In this document: positions 39,626 through 48,319 of the stretch, piece by piece
Layout: each line of letters starts with the position of its first letter
Numbering within the stretch: position 1 is the first letter of the stretch
Assembly: GCA_030550395.1 (NCBI GenBank)
Contig: JAUQPL010000001.1
Span: forward strand, 332,756 to 396,755
Direction of reading: 5' to 3'
DNA: 64,000 nucleotides
Origin: Bacteroidota bacterium
GTDB taxonomy: Bacteria; Bacteroidota; Ignavibacteria; Kapaibacteriales; HRBIN21
The notes under the pieces: generated by a model
Told to the model about the DNA's origin: nothing
The model's input: only the letters and a program-made list of their open reading frames with translations
Database searches by the model: none
Position numbers and translations under genes: made by a program

Positions 39626-40965
39626 CGGGCTCCCTCCATATCCTGCACTGCAACGGACACACACTCCTTCTGGACTGCGGACTCTTCCAAGGTCGCCGCG
39701 CAGAAACAAATGAACGGAATCGCACCTTCCCCGTTCCACCTGCCCGAGTTCACGCTGTCATTCTCTCTCACGCTCACCTGGACCACTCAGGGAACCTACC
39801 GACACTGGTCAAAGCCGGTTTTCCCGGTCTCATCTACGCTACTCCAGCCACCGCAGACCTCTGCGCCATTATGTTGACCGATAGCGCCCACATTCACGTC
39901 AAAGACGCGGAATTCCTCTACCACCAGCGCGGCGAGAGGATAGAGCCACTCTACACACCAGAGGATATCCCGAGAACGTTGGCGCGCTTTTTCCCTGTCA
40001 ATTACGACGAGCGTGTCCGTATCCTCCCTGGTGTTACACTCTGCTTCCGCCAAGCAGGACATATCCTCGGCTCTGCCCAAGTTCTGCTGGAGATCGTGGA
40101 AAACGGACGGACTCTCCGGCTCGGCTTTACGGGAGACCTGGGACGCTCTTCTCCCACACTGCTTCCTCCACCGGCCGCTCCCGAAGCCGTTGATGTCCTT
40201 ATTGCCGAATCCACCTACGCGGGGCGCCGCCACGAGGCAACAGAAAGTGTTCGCGCCAAGCTTCACGCCCTCTTCCACGAAATTGCCTCCCAGCGGGGGA
40301 TTCTCCTGATTCCTGCCTTCGCTGTCGGACGGACACAAGAGCTGCTCTTCCATCTGAATGCCTTAGCAAATGCCGGTGAGCTACCCGATATGCCCATCTT
40401 CGTCGATAGCCCCTTAGCCGAACAAGCTACGCGCGTTTTCTTCCGCTATCGCGCTGAATTCAACACGACAGTGCAGGACCTCCTGCGAACGGACCCGGAT
40501 CCGTTCAGCTTCCCACAGCTCCGCTTCACCCGCAGCGTGGAAGAATCTAAAGCCATTCGCCATGTGGACCCTCCATACGCTGTTATCGCCGGCTCCGCAA
40601 TGTGTGAATCTGGCCGTATTCTCCACCATCTCCGGCATCACATCGGCAATCCTCGCACAACTGTCCTTTTCGTAGGTTTCAACGCGGCTCACACCTTGGG
40701 GCGCCGGCTGGTTGAGGGCGAAAAACAGGTTCGTATCTTCGGAGAGCTCCACACCGTACGAGCCCGCATCTTAGAAATGTCCGGATTGAGTGCCCATGCC
40801 GATGGAGAAGAGCTCCTGCAGTATTTTTGCTTGCTTCCATCAACAACTCTGATTGTCCTCGTCCATGGCGAACCCTCTTCCCAGCAGCTTCTGCAACGAC
40901 AACTCCAACAGGAAGGCTTCTCGCAGGTCCTCATTCCCCAACCGGGACAATGGCTGAGGCTGTAG
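39589..40965 (+). CDS. Beta-CASP metallo-beta-lactamase ribonuclease
   Basis: [44 protein letters not shown]. Confidence 0.93.
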   Translation: MEIRFWGAAQTVTGSLHILHCNGHTLLLDCGLFQGRRAETNERNRTFPVPPARVHAVILSHAHLDHSGNLPTLVKAGFPGLIYATPATADLCAIMLTDSAHIHVKDAEFLYHQRGERIEPLYTPEDIPRTLARFFPVNYDERVRILPGVTLCFRQAGHILGSAQVLLEIVENGRTLRLGFTGDLGRSSPTLLPPPAAPEAVDVLIAESTYAGRRHEATESVRAKLHALFHEIASQRGILLIPAFAVGRTQELLFHLNALANAGELPDMPIFVDSPLAEQATRVFFRYRAEFNTTVQDLLRTDPDPFSFPQLRFTRSVEESKAIRHVDPPYAVIAGSAMCESGRILHHLRHHIGNPRTTVLFVGFNAAHTLGRRLVEGEKQVRIFGELHTVRARILEMSGLSAHADGEELLQYFCLLPSTTLIVLVHGEPSSQQLLQRQLQQEGFSQVLIPQPGQWLRL

Positions 40966-41837
40966 TACCGGTGGAGGTTGTCGCCGCTGTCCTCCTTGCG
41001 GACGGACACGTTCTTCTGTGCCGACGCTCTCCCAACGTTGCCTATCCGCTCCAGTGGGAGTTCCCTGGTGGGAAGGTTGAGCCTGGGGAAAGCCCCGAGG
41101 AAGCCCTTTGCCGAGAGCTTGCCGAGGAGCTGGGAATCCACGCAACCGTGGGCCAAGAATTGTGGCAGACAGAGTATGCTTACCCCGATGGTCGGCACTT
41201 CCTCCTCCGTTTTTTCTCGGTCACGCATTGGGAGGGGACACCTACCCCCCGGGTCGGTGTAGACAAACTGGCATGGGTACTCCCTACCGCCGTGGGAATG
41301 TATCCGATCCTGGAGGGCGACCGAGAGTTCGCTATCGTACTTCCATGGCTCCTTCAGCCAGAGTCGTACGACGCTGATGCCATCTTCATGCGAATTGCCC
41401 TTCTGGAAGCTCAACGAGCATACACTCAGGGAGAAGTACCCGTTGGAGCGGTTATCGTCCGCCAAGGACGGATTATTGCCCGTGGTCGCAATGCCGTAGA
41501 GCATGGTAGGGACGCTACCCTCCATGCGGAAATAGTAGCAATCCGCCAAGCATCCGCTGCCATAGGACGGCGCTTAGAAGAATGCACGCTGTACGTAACC
41601 CTTGAGCCCTGCCCAATGTGCGCCGGTGCGATTGTCTGGGCACGCATCCCTCGGGTGGTCTACGGCGCCCCTGACCTGCGGGCAGGCGCTTGCGGTACGT
41701 TATACAACATTGTGCAAGACGAGCGCCTTAACCATCGCTGTTCCCTTCGCAGCGGTGTCTTAGCGGAGGAATCCGCTCACCTACTGCGGAGTTTCTTCCG
41801 ACAATTGCGCGAGGAAGACCGTGCAGTGGACCCCTGA
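40950..41837 (+). CDS. tadA: Fusion of a MutT-like NUDIX hydrolase and tRNA adenosine(34) deaminase TadA
   Basis: NUDIX box [24 protein letters not shown]; then [31 protein letters not shown] in a single frame. Confidence 0.9.
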   Translation: MAEAVVPVEVVAAVLLADGHVLLCRRSPNVAYPLQWEFPGGKVEPGESPEEALCRELAEELGIHATVGQELWQTEYAYPDGRHFLLRFFSVTHWEGTPTPRVGVDKLAWVLPTAVGMYPILEGDREFAIVLPWLLQPESYDADAIFMRIALLEAQRAYTQGEVPVGAVIVRQGRIIARGRNAVEHGRDATLHAEIVAIRQASAAIGRRLEECTLYVTLEPCPMCAGAIVWARIPRVVYGAPDLRAGACGTLYNIVQDERLNHRCSLRSGVLAEESAHLLRSFFRQLREEDRAVDP

Positions 41838-42549
41838 ACCCGTACAGAATAAGCTCTACGTCGTTCCCACACCGATTGGCAACCGGGGGGATATTACCCT
41901 GCGAGCGCTCCATATCCTACGGAGTGTTTCCGCCATTGCGTGTGAGGATACGCGACACACCGGGCAACTCCTCAAAGCATACGGAATCATCCCACGCCGC
42001 CTTCTCCGGTGCGATGAACACACCGAAGTGCAGTGCGCAGAAACCATTCTCCAGCTCCTCCGCAATGGGGATAGCGTTGCTCTCGTCTCCGATGCTGGAA
42101 CCCCAGGGATTTCCGATCCGGGCTCCTTCCTCATCCGACGAGTCGTAGAATCCGGCTATAGCCTGACGGTTCTGCCGGGTGCTGTCGCGCTGATCCCCGC
42201 CTTGGTCGGCAGTACTCTACCGACACAACCGTTTGTCTTCTGGGGCTTTCTGCCCGCCCGCGGAAGCGCTCGGCAACAGCGTTTAGCCGATATCGCCGCC
42301 TGTCCGTGGACAAGTGTGCTTTACGAGGCTCCCCACCGTCTCCTCCGCCTGCTGGAGGAGCTCTGCAGGCTTAGCGCCTCACATCGGCGCGTCTGCATTG
42401 CCCGTGAGCTGAGTAAGCTACACGAAGAATTTCTCCGGGGCACCTTAGCGGAATGTTACCAGCTCCTGCAACAACGTCAACCTCTGCGCGGAGAATATGT
42501 CCTCATCCTTGAGGGATGCCGCCGTGAAGGGAATCCTCATCACATTTGA
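41821..42549 (+). CDS. rsmI: 16S rRNA (C1402) 2'-O-methyltransferase
   Basis: [47 protein letters not shown]. Confidence 0.96.
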   Translation: MQWTPEPVQNKLYVVPTPIGNRGDITLRALHILRSVSAIACEDTRHTGQLLKAYGIIPRRLLRCDEHTEVQCAETILQLLRNGDSVALVSDAGTPGISDPGSFLIRRVVESGYSLTVLPGAVALIPALVGSTLPTQPFVFWGFLPARGSARQQRLADIAACPWTSVLYEAPHRLLRLLEELCRLSASHRRVCIARELSKLHEEFLRGTLAECYQLLQQRQPLRGEYVLILEGCRREGNPHHI

Positions 42550-43162
42550 AGGTCTGGACGGCTGCGGTAAGTCTACTCAAGTACACCGCTTAGCAGAGCG
42601 TCTTCAGCAGTTGGGCTATCAACCGATTATCGTGCGTGAACCTGGGGCTACCCCGCTGTCGGAACGGATCCGCCACCTCCTGCTGGATGCCAGCGCTGAC
42701 ATTACTCCCCTTGCCGAAATGCTTCTATTCAACGCCGCACGCGCCCAATTGGTAGATACTGTCCTCCGTCCTGCCCTGGAAACTGGCTCGATCGTGCTCT
42801 GTGACCGCTTTGCTGACTCCACTACGGCATATCAAGGATACGGGCGAGGTTTACCCATAGAGCTTGTGCTGGCTTGCAATCAGATTGCAACCAGGGGGTT
42901 AACGCCGACCCTGACTTTCTTCCTGGATGTTCCCGTCGAATTAGCTTTCCAGCGCCATCGGAGTTCAGACCGCATGGAGCGGGCAGGTCGGGACTTCTTT
43001 GAACGGGTACGGAACGGTTACTGGGAGATCGCCCGCCGGCAACCGGAACGTATCATTTGCATCGATGCTACTCGCCCTCCAGAGGAAGTTCACACCACCA
43101 TCTGGGAACACGTCCGCCAGTACCTACCCTCGGAAGCCTCAGCGTCGGAGGGCTTCTACTAA
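42524..43162 (+). CDS. tmk: Thymidylate kinase
   Basis: [24 protein letters not shown]. Confidence 0.97.
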   Translation: MKGILITFEGLDGCGKSTQVHRLAERLQQLGYQPIIVREPGATPLSERIRHLLLDASADITPLAEMLLFNAARAQLVDTVLRPALETGSIVLCDRFADSTTAYQGYGRGLPIELVLACNQIATRGLTPTLTFFLDVPVELAFQRHRSSDRMERAGRDFFERVRNGYWEIARRQPERIICIDATRPPEEVHTTIWEHVRQYLPSEASASEGFY

Positions 43163-43627
43163 CACCTGCTCTAGGCTTTTGTCTGGTGGCAATTCGCCAA
43201 GAATGCTGCCGACGATATTTCCCTCCGCCGCGATGAAGAAGGAGGGCAACCGCTGAATGTGAAGCCAGTGCTCATGGGGATGCTTATCCCCAGTCCCGTG
43301 CATGGCATAGATCTCGCAGTCTTCGGCACGCACGCCGGCCTCTGCCAGTATCCGCATAAAGTGAGGGAAAAGTTTCTGCGTTCCGACACAGGAGCAGGTC
43401 GGTTTGACGTAGACGTAGAATCGGTGGTAGCCTGGGCGATATGCCGCGCGGATATCATCCAGCAAAGCTGTGTCGGGCTGGTAGGAGTGGAACTCCGCGC
43501 TAAACCAAGCAAAACCTGGCGTTGTCTGCAACTGTTCCAGTGTGAGCCGTTCCGCCGTGTATTCCGGCTGTGTACTTGTCGCGCACCCAAGGGCTATGAC
43601 AGCGGCACCGACGGCGATATACCACAT
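43139..43627 (-). CDS. Thioredoxin-like lipoprotein
   Basis: Lipobox ALGC after ATG 43627; PTCSC at the active-site position; I.RLP.F......G.I. Confidence 0.65.
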   Translation of the reverse strand: MWYIAVGAAVIALGCATSTQPEYTAERLTLEQLQTTPGFAWFSAEFHSYQPDTALLDDIRAAYRPGYHRFYVYVKPTCSCVGTQKLFPHFMRILAEAGVRAEDCEIYAMHGTGDKHPHEHWLHIQRLPSFFIAAEGNIVGSILGELPPDKSLEQVLVEALRR

Positions 43628-43659
43628 CTGTCCCCGATTCCCTTCGTCCACCTCTCCAG

Positions 43660-43735
43660 TCGGGGCGGTGGGATTTGAACCCACGACCTCCTGGTCCCAA
43701 ACCAGGCGCGCTATGCCAGGCTGCGCTACGCCCCG
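43660..43735 (-). tRNA. tRNA-Pro (TGG)
   Basis: CGGGGCG acceptor stem, anticodon arm CCTGG-TTTGGGA-CCAGG, T arm GTGGG-TTCAAAT-CCCAC; CCA not encoded. Confidence 0.97.
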
Positions 43736-43818
43736 AGGGTAGCCGAAATTAGTAAATCCTCCCTCTACCACCGCCGCGTTTGTTGGAATTGTTCTAATTT
43801 TCCCCTGCCGTAGCGGCT

Positions 43819-45129
43819 ATGTCTCAACGAGAAACGATGACGGACTTTCAGACCTGGAGCTACGAAGCACTCTCGCGCGAATTCAAATATGCCGTGGACT
43901 TCGTCTGCCGGCGTGTTGTCAATCGTGAGGAAGTCGTCGAACAAGCCTTCTGTGCTCTCCTGACTGGCGAGCATCTCCTGCTGCAAAGCCGCACCGGTGT
44001 TGGCAAAAGCCTATTAGCGGAGCAGATCTTCCGCATGTTCTCCGGCGCCCGCGTCTTCCGTGTCCAAGCAAGCAAAGAACAACAACCGGACACCTATTTC
44101 GGGGCCTTAGACATTGAAGAGCTTAAGCGCGGACGCATCGTGCACAACATCGAAGGCTCCATCGTCGACTGTGAATTTGCCTTCATTGATGAGATCTTTG
44201 ACGCCAACGACTTCACGCTTCGGGCTTTACTTTCCGTTCTCAATGAACGACAACTCATGCGGGGGGTTCAGAATGTCCCCGCAAAACTCCATACCGTCAT
44301 TGCAGCAACGAATTATCTGCGCGTGAGCGACATTACCGAAGCCATTCTGGACCGCTTCCTCTACAAAGCCGTCATCCTGCCGGATAAAGACCCACACGTG
44401 CAGTACAAGATTGCCCACCAGTTTCTGCTCCACGGAGGAAAACCCGCACAACCTCTGCGAACTATTCCCTTCGCCCTCCTCCAGTATGTCCACAGCATTG
44501 CAACAGGGCAGCATCCCGAACGACAGATTACCATCAGCCCGGAGCTGATCTACTTTGCAAACCTGGTGATCCGCTACTACGAAGTGCTGCGTAACCGAGC
44601 TCTCCGTGAGCACTATCGAGGAGGAACACCACCGATTGACTACTACATCTCCCCACGAACACAAGCAAAATCACTGAACTTACTGCGTGCCATTGCCCTC
44701 CTCCATGGACGCGATACCGTCTCCACAGAAGATGTCGGTAAGCTCTATTTCATCTTTGCAACCGTCGGTGTACCAGAAGAGGTGGAGCTTTTCCGCAAGG
44801 CATACACGACCGTTCTCCACTCACTCCATGCCTCCAACGGTTTTGAGCAACTCCGTCTTCTACTGGCATTTGAGTCGCTTTTAGAACAACTTCAGCAAGA
44901 CCACAGTCTCCTATTCCGACCCTTGAGCAGCATCGCACAATCCCCCCTTCGGAAAACCTTCTTGGACTGGCTGAAGGAGACCTTCGGAGGAGCCGACCAT
45001 ACAGTTCAGCAGAACAAGCGCCTACTGGAACAATTCCTCCGCGACTTTGTCCCTGCCTGTGAGGAAGTCCGCGAACTGAAACAGGCACTGGAGCGTGAGC
45101 TGACGCAATTCCTCCGCAGCATAGAGTAA
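43819..45129 (+). CDS. RavA/MoxR-family AAA+ ATPase
   Basis: GEHLLL.SRTGVGKS, AFIDEIF, LNER, AATN, LDRF, ISPR. Confidence 0.85.
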   Translation: MSQRETMTDFQTWSYEALSREFKYAVDFVCRRVVNREEVVEQAFCALLTGEHLLLQSRTGVGKSLLAEQIFRMFSGARVFRVQASKEQQPDTYFGALDIEELKRGRIVHNIEGSIVDCEFAFIDEIFDANDFTLRALLSVLNERQLMRGVQNVPAKLHTVIAATNYLRVSDITEAILDRFLYKAVILPDKDPHVQYKIAHQFLLHGGKPAQPLRTIPFALLQYVHSIATGQHPERQITISPELIYFANLVIRYYEVLRNRALREHYRGGTPPIDYYISPRTQAKSLNLLRAIALLHGRDTVSTEDVGKLYFIFATVGVPEEVELFRKAYTTVLHSLHASNGFEQLRLLLAFESLLEQLQQDHSLLFRPLSSIAQSPLRKTFLDWLKETFGGADHTVQQNKRLLEQFLRDFVPACEEVRELKQALERELTQFLRSIE

Positions 45130-45213
45130 GCCAGCCCGCCTACTTGGCAAAAGAGCCTTTTTCGTAGTTTCGTACCCAAATCCTTCCAGGAGCTGACTGC
45201 CGGGAATAAGGAA

Positions 45214-46893
45214 ATGAGAGCCCCGCAGAAACTCCAGCTGACTCAGGGTCTTCGGCATGAGCTGAAGCTCAATCCGGCGTTAGTGCTGCAGCAGACCCAC
45301 TTCCAACGTCTGTTGGAGCTCCCCGTGGAAGAAATTGCCGAGGAGCTGATGAATCTGCTGGCGGAAAATCCTTACCTGGAAGAAGCCTCCCCAGGGGAAG
45401 CAACGGAAGAGGACACCTCTGCCGAAGGCTCCTTTCCTGAAGCCCCTGACGAAGGGCCCGACAACGAAGCTCCAGAACTGTTTCGCACAGAGGCCATAAC
45501 CGCCTACGATGTCCAGCAAGATCCTTTCGCCTATTACAGCATGTTCTGGCACGAACCGTACGCCTCCTCTACCACTGACACCTCTGAGGAAGAGGAGGAA
45601 GCCGAGTGGCAACTACCGGAAGCACAGCAGAGTTTCTATGAAGCACTCCTAAAGCAGCTCCCATTGCTGAATCTTTCTCCCGAAGAGACAATTTTCGCAG
45701 AGGAGCTCATCGGGAGCCTGGATCCCAATGGATACCTCCGGGAGAGTTTGGAGACAGTGCTGAAACAGACCAACGCCCGCATAGCAGAGATTAACCACGA
45801 GCGGCTTACCCAGTACAACAGCTCCCAACTGTCCGGGAACCCCGCCCAGCGATATGCTCTGGACCCTGTCGCTGCCCACATAGTACTGCATCGCGAGCTT
45901 CCCACCATCCCTCTCCTGACCCCCCTGACCCCTGAGCAGGCAGAGCAGCTCCTGAAGCGCCTCCAACGCGAATTAGATCCGCCTGGAATCGGAGCTCGCA
46001 ACCTTCAAGAGTGCCTCCTGGCACAACTGGAATCCCGTCCATTGCGCACGGACGCCGAGCGCTGGGCATACCGCATCCTGAAAGAAGCTTTCCCTGCCCT
46101 TGCCCGCCGCACCTGGCGTGAGCTCCTCCGCCACTTCGGTGGGGAATTGACCCCCGATATGCTCCAGCAAGCCTACGACGTTATCCGGCACTTGAGTCCA
46201 CGACCAGGAGTTGCTGCCTCCGGTGAGCTTCCGATCACTGTTTTGCCCGACTTTACCATTACACACGACCCCGAAACTGGCGAACTCCGCCTTACGATCA
46301 ACGACAGCATCCTCCCAACGCTTAGCGTCAATACCCTACTGCAGCGCCTTAAAAGGCTCCCCCGCAAGGTCCGCTCCCGACACTACAAGGAACAACAAGC
46401 CCGCCAATTCCTCCGCCAAAACTACGTGAAGTCCCGTGCCATCGTCAGTGCACTCCAACAGCGCCGGGAAACTCTCCTGAAGGTCATGACTGCCATCCTC
46501 AAACTACAGCGCGATTTCTTTGAGCAGGGTCTTAAACACCTCAAGCCAATGATCTACGCTGACATAGCACGGGAGACAGGCTTAGACACCTCCACCGTTT
46601 GCCGCGCTGTGGCAAATAAGTATGTGCAGACGGACTTCGGTATCTTCGCTCTTAAAGACCTTTTCACCGAGGCACTGCCCCAGAGCAGCGGCGAAGGAGA
46701 AGTTTCCGCTGAAGTAGTCAAGCAAAAGCTACGCGAGCTCCTGGAACACGAAGACCGCCAGAATCCCCTCAGTGATAAGCAGCTGGCTCAAAAGCTTGAC
46801 CAGATGGGCTACAAAGTTGCCCGGCGAACAGTAGCTAAATACCGGGAGGAGATGGGCTTTCCTCCCGTCTGGAAGCGGAAGGCGCTCCGATGA
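45214..46893 (+). CDS. rpoN: RNA polymerase sigma-54 factor
   Basis: Gln-rich region I, ENPYLE, DPPGIGAR, STVCRAV..KY, RpoN box ARRTVAKYRE. Confidence 0.96.
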   Translation: MRAPQKLQLTQGLRHELKLNPALVLQQTHFQRLLELPVEEIAEELMNLLAENPYLEEASPGEATEEDTSAEGSFPEAPDEGPDNEAPELFRTEAITAYDVQQDPFAYYSMFWHEPYASSTTDTSEEEEEAEWQLPEAQQSFYEALLKQLPLLNLSPEETIFAEELIGSLDPNGYLRESLETVLKQTNARIAEINHERLTQYNSSQLSGNPAQRYALDPVAAHIVLHRELPTIPLLTPLTPEQAEQLLKRLQRELDPPGIGARNLQECLLAQLESRPLRTDAERWAYRILKEAFPALARRTWRELLRHFGGELTPDMLQQAYDVIRHLSPRPGVAASGELPITVLPDFTITHDPETGELRLTINDSILPTLSVNTLLQRLKRLPRKVRSRHYKEQQARQFLRQNYVKSRAIVSALQQRRETLLKVMTAILKLQRDFFEQGLKHLKPMIYADIARETGLDTSTVCRAVANKYVQTDFGIFALKDLFTEALPQSSGEGEVSAEVVKQKLRELLEHEDRQNPLSDKQLAQKLDQMGYKVARRTVAKYREEMGFPPVWKRKALR

Positions 46894-48005
46894 ACCTTCT
46901 CTACCGCCTTCTGCGGTGGGGACACCGTTTTCCTTCTTTCCTCCTTCCATCCCCGTTCGCAGTAGCCCTCCACAGCTGGGGACGGCGTGTACTCTGGAGC
47001 TGGATCACCCATTGCCATATCCCCGTCCTCCCCTTCACTCCCCCCCCCTCAGGAGAGCGCCACTGCTGGGGACTCCGATTCCGCTCCCCACTTTTCAACG
47101 CCGCCGGCGTATTCAAGTACGGCGAGGGCTACGAACTATCCTACTGGCATGGTTCCGGGGCATATTTACTGGGGACAATTACCGCCCTACCTCGCCGTGG
47201 AATTAAACGCTGGGGAATCCGTCAACCTTTTCTCAGCCTCCCTCGCTCTTGTGCCGCTCTCAACACTTTGGGACTCCCCAACCCGGGACACCATGCCGCC
47301 GCGCGCATCGTAGAACGCCTTCCCCGATACCCGGGCTTCCCCATTGGTGTAAGCGTCGCCTTAGACCCCGAACTGAAACTCTCAGAAGCCCTCCAGCGCC
47401 TGCTGGAAGGACTCCGTCTGTATAGCGCCGCTGGCGTCGATTTCATCGAGCTCAACGAGAGCTGCCCCAATATCCCCCATGACCCGTCATGGCGGGCACT
47501 GGAATTCCGTCTGCGCTGGATAGCTGAACACTTCCTCTCCCGCCGAGAACGCTCGCTTCCTGTGGTGGTGAAGATCTCCACAGACACACCGGTGGAAGTA
47601 TTACCAGCGTTACTGGAACTTCTGCTGCAACTTGGCTACGATGGTATCACCATTGGCAATACGTCCACAGCCTATGAGGCACTATTGCCTACCATTGCTC
47701 CCTCGGAACGGCATCTCTATACATGGTTTTGGCATCGCTTCGGTGGCGGGATCAGCGGAGCCCCACTTGCTCATCGCCGCCGACAGCTTATCAGCTTGAG
47801 CGCTCAGTGGATTGCCCGCCACGCAACAGCACGTGAATTCCACCTCCTGGCCGTCGGCGGCATTATGAATCCTACGGACCTCCGCGAAGTTCTCTCCGCT
47901 GGAGCAAGCCTTGCCCAATGGTATACTGGTTATCTCCACGCCCTCGCCACCCACGGTGACGCCGTCTACCGATGGATGTCCTCCTCCTGTTGCGCTCACC
48001 CATGA
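46890..48005 (+). CDS. pyrD: Dihydroorotate dehydrogenase (divergent, quinone-type-like)
   Basis: NAAG..K, GT.T..PR.G, ELNESCPN, VKIS.D, NTS, GGISG, VGGI, A.L.Q.YT. Confidence 0.8.
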   Translation: MNLLYRLLRWGHRFPSFLLPSPFAVALHSWGRRVLWSWITHCHIPVLPFTPPPSGERHCWGLRFRSPLFNAAGVFKYGEGYELSYWHGSGAYLLGTITALPRRGIKRWGIRQPFLSLPRSCAALNTLGLPNPGHHAAARIVERLPRYPGFPIGVSVALDPELKLSEALQRLLEGLRLYSAAGVDFIELNESCPNIPHDPSWRALEFRLRWIAEHFLSRRERSLPVVVKISTDTPVEVLPALLELLLQLGYDGITIGNTSTAYEALLPTIAPSERHLYTWFWHRFGGGISGAPLAHRRRQLISLSAQWIARHATAREFHLLAVGGIMNPTDLREVLSAGASLAQWYTGYLHALATHGDAVYRWMSSSCCAHP

Positions 48006-48319
48006 TCCGACGCTTGTTCGCAGCAGGTATCGCTTTCCTGACCGTTTCTTGCCATTCAGGATGGGACACAGAAGAGGAGCGATTTGCCCAGACATATGCA
48101 GAAATTCTGGTCGTTCGGGAACTCTATCCAGACACTGCACTTGGCAATGCCCGCGTGCGGACTCTCCTACGGCAATACGGCTACCGCGGGGAAGAGGAAT
48201 TCCGACAACACTTCCTCACTTTTGCCCGTGAACCAGCACGGCTACGCCGAATTCTGGACTCAGCCGCTACCCGTGCCGAACGGATGCTCCAGGATTCGCT
48301 CCGGTACCGCCCCCGCTAA
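48002..48319 (+). CDS. Small lipoprotein (DUF4296-like)
   Basis: ATG overlaps the pyrD stop; lipobox TVSC; helical Y.EIL, L..YG...EEF. Confidence 0.6.
   Translation: MIRRLFAAGIAFLTVSCHSGWDTEEERFAQTYAEILVVRELYPDTALGNARVRTLLRQYGYRGEEEFRQHFLTFAREPARLRRILDSAATRAERMLQDSLRYRPR

Noticed and set aside
39065-41837. Macro + beta-CASP + deaminase as an anti-phage defence system
   Set aside because: All look like housekeeping orthologues flanked by topA, rsmI and tmk, with no defence-island context
43660-45129. tRNA-Pro as an integration site for an island
   Set aside because: No integrase, no duplicated tRNA 3' end seen, and no obvious compositional shift
47557-47575. Third GTGGTGGTG occurrence
   Set aside because: Inside pyrD encoding VVV, with no flanking stem; likely coincidental
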